Shown: piece by piece, positions 10,814-23,860 of the stretch
Layout of the letters: every line of letters begins with the position of its first letter
How positions within the stretch are numbered: the stretch's first letter is position 1
Assembly: GCA_051294375.1 (NCBI GenBank)
Contig: CM119268.1
Coordinates: 4,241,715-4,300,571, forward strand
Origin: Paraspadella gotoi
Lineage: Eukaryota > Animalia > Chaetognatha
DNA: 58,857 nucleotides
Direction of reading: 5' to 3'
Made by a program: the position numbers and the translations under genes
Notes under the pieces: generated by a model
Told to the model about the DNA's origin: nothing
The model's database searches: none
The model's input: the letters and a program-made list of their open reading frames with translations, nothing else

Positions 10814-13240
10814 TGGAGAATTTGCGATGCTCTGGTGGTGCATACGCCAAAGAGAATCTTCGCCGGCAGTGTTTTAGAGAATGAACCACTTTTGTCGTTT
10901 TTTGAACAATGTAAACAATTGTGACTTCGTCGATTCTGGTCCTGCGAAATCATTGTGGGTAGTGTGATGTAGTCCGTGGCTCCGAAGGGAAGAACGTTTC
11001 TCTTTGGAAAATATTATTTCGTATTTGTTTAGCGCTTATAATATATTTAGCAATTGGGCAGATTGAGAGACTTAGTCGCAGCATGACCCTAGTCCCCTGT
11101 GTTTTAATACTAGGCCGATAGAGCATGCTTTTGTGTCAGAAAACTATCGTCGTAGTGGAGTATAGTGACATGGTGTGGCAATCGGCTGTTGGTTCCGGTC
11201 GCCACGTTTTCTGTGCGCTACCGCTAATGTAAGTGGGGTGGGGTGTGTGATATTTTATATATGTATATTAAGGTGTAATTATAAGTAATTAAGTGGGTAT
11301 TCGCCGGTAAAAGCCTCACATCTGCGCGTGTAGATGTTTAACTCGAAATGCCCTTGAGTTCGCTTTTCCACGTGAAGCGGAACGTCGACGGTAGACGTTA
11401 TGGCCCGTATGAAAAAAAATAAATTGGGTTTAGAGGATAAACCTGGTTTCCCGCTGCATATCAGACAAGAAATGCCGCTATAATGGGAAGTTTTTCTCTT
11501 CGGTGTGCGGCTATAAGAATTGATTAGCATAGACGTTTGTCGAATGTAATGGGGGCTAAAGATGTGGTAAATACGTGGTGTTGGTTTTGTTAAAATTAGA
11601 ATATTGACCTTTCAATTTTTTAATTATTTTTTAGCTTAAGCCACAATCGGTTTCCGCGGAGGGCGTTCCGAAGGCCCTCCAATATTATTAAAAACGGGAC
11701 GTTGCGGTAATTTTACTGGTACGTGTTGTTTGTTTTTCGTGGTCCGAGCGCAGGTTCTCGTTTCATCCGTCACTGATCGAGCTAGGAAGTTAATTTTTTT
11801 TCGACGTGGAGACTTTTGGAAGGCGCGAATTTTCGCGTTTCTTCATTGCCGGATACGCAAAAGACAAAACGATTTTTGGAATTATTTTGGAATTCAACTG
11901 GATTTGTGGAGACGTGTTTCGCGGGACGAAACGTCTCTCTACTCTATTTTGTTATAAAATAAACGATCGAGATTTTGCCTCCGTTTGCGGCGAAAATAGA
12001 ATGATTTCCTTTAATTTTTTTTCTCCTTAGACGTCTCTCTCCTCACAGGACGATACGTCGCGCCTGTGGCCGGAAGTGCCCCCGCCACTCCCTCCGCTTT
12101 TCGAAGAATTTCGCGAAAGGACCGATATTTACGAAGTGTATTCTTTCTCTCTTAGCCGGAGCCGTCGACGGTCAGAAAGTTACTTTTTTAAACGCGAAAC
12201 GTACCGCACGACGGGGCCGAAATTCTGAAAAACTATAGAAAAACGCGCCTTTCAACGCTTAAGTTTTTTTCTTTGCCGGAGCTTCGATCGCGGCAATTTT
12301 CCCTCGTTTAAGAAAACGGGCGGGGTGAAAAGAAAGCGTTTCATGGAATGTGATTATTTTTTGAAGGATCGAAAGTTTGAAAGGTTTCGTTGAAACGAAA
12401 GACGAAATAGTACGGGGGCCTCGATCAATGGAGATAATTTTAATTTTGCTTTGGAGTCATTTACCAGAAGGATTCGAAACTGTTTTTAAGCTATGGTGGA
12501 GTCGTTTCTCTCTCTACGGTTGATAAGAGATAATAGATTTGCCTCACCCAACGTCCCAGTTTCGATCCTGCGACTTTCCAAGTCCGTCAAGCAATTTTCA
12601 CCCGTCGGCGAAATCTGATATTTAAACCTAAATTTTTCATTAGTCGAATATTATCGTTAAAACGACACGGTTTCATAATTGTCTTTCTCTCCGGGCGAAA
12701 CTGATATCTAAACAAAGAGTAATAAACAAATCTTTCTAAATAAAATTCCACGGGTCGTTTGAACTAATTGATTTTTTTCCCCTTTCGACGCTTAACGCGG
12801 CGACTCGGACGAAGAATTCCGAATACACACCGCATCGGTCGTTCGGTCTAGTCTACGTCGTTATTTGCTGCTAGGTGAAATTTTCTGATGGATGATCGTA
12901 CGGACTAGAAATCGAAAAAAATAACAAACTTCACAGGAAACATTCCGATAGGGCTCGACGCCATGGCGCTTTATTGCTTCACTTCAAGCATTTACCAGTT
13001 AAAGCGATTTACTGTGTTCTATGAGAAAGAAGCTCACGATTGTCAAAGTTTAGGAGACAAAATGAAGTAACCATGAATTCGATCCCTGCAGATGTTATGA
13101 CTTCTTTGTTTTTTTTCAACGAGAACGGGGTATGAGAATGGAAATGGATCTTTGGAAGACGAAAACGACAACGAGTAAAGCGGATCGTTCTCCAATTTTG
13201 ACATTGTATAATATTNNNNNNNNNNNNNNNNNNNNNNNNN

Positions 13241-13662
13241 TCTCTCAACCTCTTTTCCGTGTCGCTATATTTTCTGTTTTTTTCCCCAAGCATCTTATTC
13301 CGTCTCCCTGTTTGACATTGCGTTCGACGCATTTGTTAGAAGAAATCAAACTTTTTCTCTACAATTACATTTACTTAATAAAGTGCATCAAGGGTAAATT
13401 CAAGTATTACGATATTTGTTATTATTAAAACAAATAAAATTTGTTACAAATAAAAAGGAAGATTTTTCTCGGTCCAATGGGAATGAAGCGTTTGTCTTCT
13501 TTCGTGTCATCTCACATTCCGTTCGCCATTATTCTCTCTCTCTCTCTCTCTNNNNNNNNNNNNNNNNNNNNNNNNNNNNNNNNNNNNNNNNNNNNNNNNN
13601 NNNNNNNNNNNNNNNNNNNNNNNNNNNNNNNNNNNNNNNNNNNNNNNNNNNNNNNNNNNNNN

Positions 13663-13695
<33 letters not shown>

Positions 13696-14362
13696 TTTCT
13701 CCCATCGTTTCTGCTCAACTTGTAAACCTGATTATCATTTTTATCTTCTCTCCCTCTTTTTTTTTCTTTCTCCGCAAAAATCCGACTCTTTTTTTCTTTC
13801 TTTTATCTCCTTTTCTTTTTTGCTTCTTTTATAATATATTACTCCTTTTTATATCTTTTTTCTTTTTCTTTTATTCATTTATTTTACCTTTATCTCTTTT
13901 CTTTTCTTGTCTCCTTTTCTTTTTCACTCTTTTTCTCTCAACCTATCTTTTTCAATCTTTCATTCTTTATTCTCCACCACTCTTTCCCCTCTTATCTTTT
14001 TTGGCTTAAGCTCTCTTTTCTCTCTTCCCTTTTTATTTTCAACTTCTCTTTTCTATCTTCTCCTCAACCTCTCTTTTTTCTCATTTCTTTTTCTCCTTAA
14101 CCTTTCTTTTCTCTCTTTCCTTTTTATTCCCCACTTCTCTTTTCCCTCTTCTCTTTATTATTTTCAAGTTCTCTTTTCCCTCTTCTCTTCTTCTTCTCAA
14201 CCTCTCTTTTCCCACTTCTCTTTTTTATTCCCAATCTTCCTCTTCATTTCCTTTCCTTCCTTTTCTTTCATCCATTATTACAAGAACCTTCATCGTGATT
14301 TCTTTTCGTCTGCGGTAACGCGTTCTCCCTCATCTGGTCTCTCAGATATTCTCTCTCTCTCA

Positions 14363-14404
<42 letters not shown>

Positions 14405-14522
14405 ATCTCCTATCCTCTTTTTTGTTCCTTCCTCTCTTCAGCTTTTCTCCTCATGCACCCCCTTTCTTCTCTCTCTCCTCCCCGCCCTCTCTTCTCTTCT
14501 CCTCCCTCCGTCCTCCCATCTC

Positions 14523-14555
<33 letters not shown>

Positions 14556-15198
14556 TTGCATCTCTCTAACTCTCTCTCTCCTTCTCTCTCCTTTTTATCC
14601 CCTCTCTCACTTTTTTCTCCCGTCTCCCACCCTCGTCATCTCTCTTCTCTCTCTGCTCCTCCACGGCCGCGCCCCGCGTCATCTCTTCTTTCTCCCTCTC
14701 TCTCCCTGCGCCCCGTCTCTCTTCTACGTCCTCTCGTCTCTCTATTCTCTCTCTCCCGTGCTCTCTCTCTTTCCTCTTGCTCTCTCTTCCTCCTGCTCTC
14801 CTCCCCTCCTCTCTCTCTGCGGTCTCTGCCTCTCTTTCTCCCTCCCGCTCCCCCTCGCTCTCTCTCCTCGTCATTCTCTCTCTCTCGTCTCTTTTTCTCT
14901 CACTCTCTCTCTAGACAGAGCTCTGTTCTGTCGCCTTTTTCCATTTTTCTGCTTCCTTCATTTGTCTCTTCTCTTCTGGTACCAGTTTACTTCGTCTGCT
15001 CACCTTTTTCCTCACAATTGCTTTCGGAATCTCCAGACATTTTCCCTTTCGTTCCCTTTACATCGAATTGAGTGTTTTTCTCTGATTTCTTTAACTTGAT
15101 CTTTCCTTTTTCATATTTACTTTTCCTTTCTTTCACGTATTAATCTTTTTACTTCAGAGCTCAGTTATTTTTTCTATGCATTTTTAAAATTTTGTTTT
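13241..15198 (+). repeat. ~2 kb direct duplication, copy B (pairs with 8792-10813)
   Basis: Same anchors in the same order; starts right after an N gap; C/T-biased relative to copy A. Confidence 0.85.
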
Positions 15199-15583
15199 AA
15201 TTTTATTTTTAAATTCGATTTAATTTTAATTTTAAATTAATTTTATTCTTTTTGCTGCCAATTTTACTACTACGCTACATTTCTATTCGTATCTTTCTCT
15301 CTCTCTCTTCTCCCTCCGTCTTTTTTTTCTTTTTTCTTTTCTCCACTCCCTCTCCCTCCTTCTCCCTCTTTCCTACCTCTTCCTCCCATTCCTCCTTCTT
15401 CTTCTCTTCTCCTTCTCCCTCCCCTCCCTTCCTTTCTCCCTCCCTTCCTTCCCTCCCTTCCTCCCTCTCATTGTAGTCAAGATAGATCTTTCTTCGCGTT
15501 TTGCCTCATTGAGTTTTCGACGCCTCGGTCTTCCATGGCTCTTCCTTTATCTGTCTTTCCTTCTTTCTTTCATTACCTCTTAT

Positions 15584-15584
<1 letters not shown>

Positions 15585-15675
<91 letters not shown>

Positions 15676-15700
15676 TTTTTTCTTTCTTTCTTTTTTTCTT
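15585..15700. repeat. (TTTC)n microsatellite
   Basis: Long tttc run. Confidence 0.95.
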
Positions 15701-16138
15701 AAACTCATATTTAATTCGTACAACCCAATAAAAATATTCAATTCATTCAATATTAAGCAACATTGCCTATGATTTTATACATGCTCTGTTTTTATCCTAA
15801 TCTACCATATTTCCCGAATACGATATTACTAGCACAAATTAAATTGTAAGTGAATCCTCATTTATAAATTCGGAAAAAAAATGTTTTCGTTCGTCGTCGT
15901 CGTCATCATCGTTGACTATCTTTACATCAGCAATAAAATTTATTTTTAATTTTATATAATAAACACATACTTTCGTAGTATTTAAAAAACAAAACTATTT
16001 ATTTACGTAAATTTTCTTAACTAAATCATGAGAGAATATCTTTTCTCCAAAAAAACTATGCACAGCTCAGCCTTGGCCTTTTTTTTCTTGTTTTGGGCTG
16101 TTGACACAGAGGTCGTTAGTCTCTCTCTCTTCTCTCTC

Positions 16139-16199
<61 letters not shown>

Positions 16200-17066
16200 C
16201 TCTCTCTCTCTCTCTCGACGAAGGAGGACGCTTTCCCCCCGTTTAGCCCCTGTTTACTTCGATGGGGTCGAAAACGAGGCTGGGAAAATAAAAGGGCAAA
16301 AGGTTTGTTTACCTCTGGAGGTCGAAGTCCGAAGGAGGAAGAACAAAATGGTTGACTCTTTTTTTGGCAAAAGAGAAAATCATTGGCTGCGTTAGAAAGA
16401 GCGGGAAAAGTTGGTCGCCTTTTAAATTGGAAACATTTTATTCGTTCAGTTAATGAATAATAATATAAATCTTAGTAATTATTTTGAAAATAACTTCTAA
16501 CTTCTAAACGATTTGACCTACAAAAAAAATGGAAGTAAGCTACTGAATGGAAATAAGAGTAAATTTAAAAACATTCATATTTTTTAAAAATCAATTAAGT
16601 TTTTGAGTAGATATCCTTTATTAAAAATGTGATATACTATTTTCCTAGATTGTAAAAATAAAATAAAATAAAAAACTACGATTGAGTCACCATCAGCGTC
16701 GCTGGTGTTGATCACTTGTAACATTGGTCGGCGAAAACGATGTCCGATTCTGCATTCTGCAATGCTAACCCTTTTTTTCCTTTTTTCTTTCTTTTTTTCT
16801 TTCTTCCTTTTTTTTCTTCATTCCTTCCTTCGTTTCTTCATCCTTCCTTCTCTCCTTCCATACTTCCTTCATTCCTTCTTTCTTTCCTTTCTCCATTCGC
16901 TTCTTCCTTCCTTCTTTCTTTCCTTTCCTTCTTTCCCAAGTTGACGCTTTCCTCGTCAACTTTTTTCAGAGGTAAACAACTCGGAATAAAACGCGTTTTT
17001 TCGTCCCAGGAGATTTTCGCTCTCGTCTTTCGCCGTTTATACGTCGCCTTACTCGCTATTAACTCT

Positions 17067-17152
<86 letters not shown>

Positions 17153-18331
17153 TTTTTTTAGGTTCCACAAAGAAGTAAAAAAAATAAAGCTATTCCCCCT
17201 TTTCGTTCACCCTTCGCCTTCCACAGAGGTTTTATGTCTTTACGCTATCGTTTTAACGACGCACAGATGTTTTTATTTCGTCCTTAGAAAAAAAAATTCT
17301 TTCCTTCTTTCTTTTTTTTTCTTTTTTGGTTCCTTTGTGGTTTATTTTGTTTTCTTGTCTCCGACCTTTGGGGGTTAAGTCTTTGGCAAAGATGGCGGTG
17401 GTGGTGGTTTTGGTGGTGGTGGTGAGGGATTGGAGTGGTTTGGGGGAGAAAGGCGGAGTGGATGATAGAAAGGGATGATAATGGGGGTTTTAACCGTTGG
17501 CCAATTGTGAGTGAAGGAAAAATAATTGTCTTGAAAGATGCGCGAACCTTTTTTGTGAAAGTGGAGGCGATTAAGTAAGGCGCCATTCAATAAGAGTGAA
17601 AAAAAATGTTGAACAAGTCGGAGGCTTTAAACAAGGAGAGGTAAATGTGAAACAAGGAGTGATAAATGCGAAAGGGGTGAGCGGTAAAAAAAAATTACCC
17701 TGAAAATGTCATCTCCCTTTCCTTTTTCACGAAGCAATTGGGCAAAGTTTTTATAATATATTCCGCTTCAAAAGACAACATTTTGTTCGGTCTGTCTTGC
17801 CAAAAAATATATTTAAAAACGATTATTATGAAAAACTAAAAACAATTATGATTTAAATTAAAATTATTTATCAAATTTCATTTTATACAAAGAATGTTAA
17901 GATTTTATTAAAATTGTTAAAAAAATATTTATAATATCATTTTAACAAGTGTGACAAATGGAGCAACGAAAGCGTTTCCTGTTTTCGAGGATGAAGATAA
18001 AATCCCGCGCTACATTTTATGTCCCCTTAAATCATGAAAGGGAAAAAAAACGTTGGCTCTTCCCATCCAAAATTGCTCCGCTTAAGGGGACCCGACCGCT
18101 CAGGAGAGAGGAAAAAAATAAAATAAACGAGAAAAATAACATTACATAACATATTTTTTACAAATAAAATGTTTCGGTCGGGAAAACAAATAATTGCCTT
18201 GGGGATTTAATAAAAATGATTTTGATAATGATAATGATAATGATAATGATAATGATCCGATAGTAACGCTTTTGAAAGACTGAAAACAAAAAAAATGTTC
18301 GCCTCTTCAATCTTCATTCCTTTTTTGCTCT

Positions 18332-18481
18332 CCGCCATTTTGGATACGAAGAGGCAAAGGAAATTTAACGTTTCTGTTTTGTGACCAATGGTTGGGTCCC
18401 GCTTGGATCACGTGAGTGGCCACGCCCTCAACCTTGGCCACCGCCCCCGTGCGCCCTCGGCCGAGAGACGCCCTCTTCCGG
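18332..18481. promoter_or_regulatory. Candidate housekeeping-type Pol II promoter (motif cluster)
   Basis: Within 150 bp of GC-rich sequence: CCGCCATTTT (YY1-like, 18332), CCAAT (18385), TCACGTGA (E-box, 18408), GCCACGCCC (KLF/Sp, 18419), CCGCCCCC (GC box, 18441), CTTCCGG (ETS, 18475). Motif-based inference only. Confidence 0.4.
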
Positions 18482-18554
18482 TCGTCAAAAGGAGGCGCCT
18501 ATTTCCTGCGCCTCTTCGCATAAGAATTTGTGTCGCTCTTGACACGCTTGCCTT

Positions 18555-18642
<88 letters not shown>

Positions 18643-19521
18643 GACCCAAAAATTGACCTCGTTCGCCCGTTCCATGTTTTCGTCTCCCGGGGATTCACTC
18701 ACACTTTTATTTCCGTGAGTTTGTGTCACATTCTCCTAACCTAAGAAACATTTCGATATTTTTCCCCTAATTCTTCTGCGTCTCAATATCGCCATAGCAA
18801 CGCAACTCGATAAGGAATTTGTCTTTTGTTGATGCGTCAGAATTATTCTGTTCTGGTGGTGGTTTAACTTTTTATCTTTTTTGCCATATAAATAGAGAAA
18901 CTTATGAATATCAAAAACAATCGTTTTCCAAGATAACTACAGATCTGGTCAAAAAAAAGTTTAATAGTTATGATGAAAGCAGTTTATTTTGTTATTTGAA
19001 TTAAATCAATACTTTTTAGGACTCAGTTAATTAATACATTGTTAGACCACTATTTGCAACAATTCTTATTTTCTTTATTTTTTTAAACCTGTTTTCAGAA
19101 GCCTTATGGTTTTTAATTATGGGATTTTCCAGGTCATCGTCCTTGCTTTCCCGATTGAACTATGCTAAGAGCCCACCAACAGTCTCATACCAAGGTTTCC
19201 AGTTCCTTCAATTTATTGATAACTCTGCAAATGGCTGTAAGAAAGAATAACTGTTTGGGCATCCTATATCTTGACAAACCTGCCTTCTAATGCTTATTTA
19301 ATGCCTATTATGCTTTTTTGGGGTTTATCTGTTTTAAAGTTTCGCGCAAGTAAAAAATACCAAAAAACAAAAAAAAACAACGATGAATAATAATTTTTTT
19401 TATCGCAAAATTGTAAGACAAAATTGTGATCCTTTTTTTGATTTTAGCACAGCTTCTATAATATTAAGCCTAAAACCTCATCATAGGCTCAAATAAAAAA
19501 TATATTTGTTTTAGCTTTCAA

Positions 19522-20900
19522 TTCGACATTCTGCAATGGAACCAAATAACCTGAACTCGACATTCTGCAATGGAACCAAATAACCTGAACTCGACATTCT
19601 GGCAACTGAAGTAGACGAAACAAATAACGCTGAACTCGACATTCTGCAATGGAACCAAATAACCTGAACTCGACATTCTGCAATATGGAACCAAATACCT
19701 GAACTACGACATTCTGCAATGGAACCAAATAACCTGAACTCGACACATTCTGCAATGGAACAAATAACCTGAACTCGACATTCCCAATGGAACCAAATAA
19801 CCTTGAACTCGACATCTGCAATGGAACCAAATAACCCTGAACTCGACATTCTGCAATGGAACCAAATACACCTGAACTTGACAATTCTGCAATGGAACCA
19901 AATAACCTGAACTCGACAATCTGCAATGGAACCAAAATAACCTGAACTCGACATTCTGCAATGGAACCAAATAACCTTGAACTCGACATTCTTATTGCAA
20001 TGGAACCAAATAACCTGAACTCGACATTCTGCAATGGAACAAATAACCTGAACTCGACATTCTGCAATGGAACCAAATAACCTGAACTCGACATTCTGCA
20101 ATGGAACCAAATAACCTGAACTCGACATCTGCAATGGAACAAATAACTGAACTCGACCGGACTGCAGGATGGAACAAATAACCTGAACTCGACATTCTGC
20201 CAATGGAACCAAATAACCTGAACTCGACATCTTGCAATGGAACCAAATAACCTGAACTCGACATTCTGCAATGGAACCAAATAACCCTGGAACTCGACAT
20301 TCTGCAATGGAACCAATAACCTGAACTTGACATGTCGCAATGGAACCAAATAACCTGAACTCGACATTCTGCAATGGAACCAAATAACCTGAAACTTGAC
20401 TTCTGCAATGGAACCAAATAAACTCTGAACTCGACATTCTTGCAATGAACCAAATAACCTGAACTCGACATTCTGCAATGGAACCAAATAACCTGTGCAA
20501 CTCGACATTCTGCCAATGGAACCAAATAACCTGGAAACTCGACCAATTCTTGCAATGGAAACCAAATAAACCTGAACTCGACATTCTGCAATGCCGAAAC
20601 CCAAATTAACCTGAACTCGACATTCTGCAAGTGACAAACTACTCTGGAAAAGCACGACAAATAACCTGAACTCGCACATTCTGCCAATGGCAACCAAATA
20701 ACCTGAACTCGGACATTCTGCTGCAATGGAACCAAATAACCTGAACTTGACTTCTGCAATGCGAAACTAAATAACGCTGAACTCGACATTCTTGCAATAG
20801 GAACCAAATACCGACTCGACAATCTGCAATGGAACTAAATAACCTGAAGACTCGTACATTCTGCAATGGAACCAAATAACCTGAACTTGACATTGTGCAA
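19522..20900. repeat. 34-bp tandem minisatellite, about 40 copies
   Basis: Consensus ctcgacattctgcaatggaaccaaataacctgaa repeated head-to-tail with no spacers; variation is mostly 1-2 bp indels. Confidence 0.97.
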
Positions 20901-21270
20901 ACCGTCAAGACTCCCAACGACGTCGGAGCCAACGTTTTCCCTCGCGTTTGTTTTTCCAAGCGACGCACAACACATTTCCTCGTTTCGAAACGAGACGTCG
21001 TCTTTTATTTCTCTCGGTTGGCGTCGCCAATCATCCGTAGGGGGGCGTGGCAGTGCGGGAAAAGATGGCGTGGTCGTTGTGGCGCAGGCGGCGCAGGTGG
21101 CGCTTGAGTTTGTGGCGAATCTCTCGACGTGACTTTTTTTGGCGTGGCGGCGAAGATGTCGCAGTTTTATATCATTTTTTTAAAAAAATGACGTTAAAAT
21201 GTGAAAACGTAAAAATAATGTTTTCATTCCGATTAGACAAATGTTTTGTGGTCTAATTTGTGAGGGGTCA

Positions 21271-21715
21271 TGTGGTCGTGGTCTTGGAGCCGCCTTGTGG
21301 TCGTTGTCTTGGCGCCGTCTTGTCGTCTTGGTCTTGGCGCCCTCTTGGCTTCCGGTGGTCCTGGTATTGACGTATTGACGTATTGACGTATTGACGTCTT
21401 GTGGTCGTGGTCTTGGCGCCATCTTGGCGTCTTGTAAGTTGCTTGGTTCTTTGCGCCGTGCTTGCCTCGTTGTTGTCGGGTGGTCTTGTGCGGCGGCTCT
21501 TGGCGCTCTTGGTGTCGATGTCTTGTGAGCCGTCGTGTGGCGTCCTTGGCGCGTCGTGTCTGCTCTGGCGCCGTCTGCTGGTCGTGGTCTTGCGAGTGTA
21601 TTAGTCTTCTGGTGGTACTGTCCGGCGCCGTCTTGGCGCTTATTTGTCGGTTTGCGTCAAGTGATGTGCGGCGCCGTCCATTGGCAGTCTTGTGTTCGTG
21701 GTCTCGGCGCCCGTT
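21271..21715. repeat. Degenerate GC-rich tandem repeat with an embedded (GTATTGAC)4
   Basis: Recurrent ggtcgtggtcttggcgccgtcttg motif; four gtattgac copies at 21364-21395. Confidence 0.75.
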
Positions 21716-21818
21716 TTATGGAAAAAGAAAGCGCGTTGATTTTGCGATTGTGGTGTAAGTTGATTCTAACGCTACGGAAACGAAATGAGGAAAACTCGGC
21801 AGGGATCGGGGAGAGCAA

Positions 21819-21857
<39 letters not shown>

Positions 21858-21984
21858 AGAGAAGAGAGAGAGAGAGAGAGAGTTATTGCTATTGGGCAAG
21901 GCTTTTAAGTAGTTACAAATTAAAATAGATAGTTGTCAAATGTCTATCTTTCTCTCCCTATCTCGTCTTTCGTTTCTTTCCTCT

Positions 21985-22038
<54 letters not shown>

Positions 22039-23499
22039 GGTCTCTCACTCTCTCAGTCTCTCTCTCTCTCTCTCTCGCTCGTTACTTGTCGACCGCTGAG
22101 AATGATGTCAAAGATAGAAAGGAAAGGAAATTTTAGATTTTCGAGAGAAAAAAAAAAAGATTCTCGGAGTTTTCTTTTTTTAGATTTTTCCCCTTAAAAT
22201 TGTGGCAGCTGCTTTGTGTTATCCTAAGCTGTCTTACGTTACACATCCCGCGTCTTATATCACTTTACCTTCCATTACTCTTCTTTCGCTTAACTTGTTC
22301 GACTTTTTTTCTAGCGCGATTGCGTGTTGTATTATTTTATTTTGTTTTTTTATAATGAATTTTTTCGCTTAAATTGTAGCTTAGCATGCGATATTTGATT
22401 TCCTACTGCCTTCAAGGGTTCAGTTGTTTTCTTGGTTTATATTTATTATTTCTATTGCTTATAATTTTTTGTGTATACTTAATAGAATAGGGCTGTTTAA
22501 AAATTAAGTATCCATAATTTTGTTTTCATTTATCAACATAACCGTCCTCTCCGTGTATATTTTATGTTCATAAATTCAACGTTTCCTTATTCTAGACGTG
22601 TTCCTCCAAGCTTTTCGGCTTACCTATTCATTTTTTGTTTCTCGTCGCGACAAGAAAGGCGCGTGGGAATTTTCCAAGGCTTTTCCTTCGCCACTTGATG
22701 GCATCGCCGCGAGAGCTGTCCTGATAGTCAGGATACCTTTGCGTTAGATGTGCGGGATACGTTCGTGTTGCTATCGGCTCGAGGTGGCGGGGCGGTCTGT
22801 TTGGCTTCAAACAAGCAGAGAGAGGAAGGAGAGGAGAGAGACGAGAGAGAGAGAGAGAGAGAGAGAAGAGAGAGAGAGGAGAACGAGAGAGGAGAAAGAA
22901 AGAGAAGAGAGAGAGAGAAAATGGAATATTTTTCTCTCAAAAATCGGGTCCCCTTTGGATGTTTTAAAGTGAAGAAGCAAAGTACCGAGTTTGCTGTCTT
23001 CTCATCGTTCTGCTCTGCTCTTCTTTCTCTATCGTCTCTCTCCTCTCTCTCATGCTTCTCCCCGCGTGCGCCTCGTCTCGTCATCTGCTCTCTCCATCTC
23101 GCTCTTGTCATTTCCTCGCATTGTTTTTCTCTCCTCTCTTAGATCCTGCTTGGCTCTCTCTCTAATCCCCTCCGTGTTTCCTGCGTTGAGGATGGCGTTG
23201 GGTTTGTGGATCGATATCAACTCACATGATCGTGCCGAGCTCTGGAAAAAAAGAAAGAAAATAAAATCTGGCAGAAAAAATAACTAGAAATGAAGAAAGA
23301 AAGGAAAGAAAGAAATGAAAGAAATGAAAAGAAAGAAAAGAAGAGAAAGAAAGAAAGAAAGAAAAAAAGAAAGAAAAAAAGATAGAAAGAAACAACCAAC
23401 AACATTTTTTTCCTTTTTTTCTTTTTTCTTCTTTGAAAATAAAAATGGAATAAAACGGAAACTTGAGAAATAATCGAGGAAAAAAGAAATGAAGGGAAA

Positions 23500-23860
23500 G
23501 GGAAAGTAAAAAAAAAAAGAAACGGGGGAAAGTAAATAAGAAAAGAAATAGAGGAAGGCAAAAAAGAAAAGAAATGGGGTAAACTAAAAAAAAAAGAAAC
23601 AAAAGAATGAAAAAAGGAAAGAAACGGAGGAAAGTAAAAAGAAAATAAACAAAAAAATTACAAAAGAAAAGAAACGGAGGAAAGAAAAAAAGAAAGAAAC
23701 GGAGGAAAGTAAAAAAGAAAAAAGGAGAAAAGTAAAAGAAGGAAAGAAACGGAGGAAAGTAAAAAGGAAAAGAAACGGAGGAAAGTAAAAAAATGGAGGA
23801 AAGTAAAATAAGAAAAGAAACGGAGGAAAGAAAAAAATAGAGGGAAGTAAAAGAAGGAAA
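23500..23860. repeat. Purine-rich ~22-25 bp minisatellite
   Basis: Recurrent aaagaaacggaggaaagtaaaa unit with variable A runs. Confidence 0.85.

Noticed and set aside
9070-15476. Phe/Leu/Ser-rich membrane-protein-like ORFs
   Set aside because: They arise from C/T-rich low-complexity noisy sequence and are not conserved in frame between the two duplicate copies.
19489-20822. 276-402 aa ORFs as real proteins
   Set aside because: They are translations of a stop-free satellite strand that switch frame at every indel.
19522-20900. CRISPR array (34-bp repeat length is CRISPR-like)
   Set aside because: Units are head-to-tail with no unique spacers, there are no cas genes, and the context is eukaryotic.
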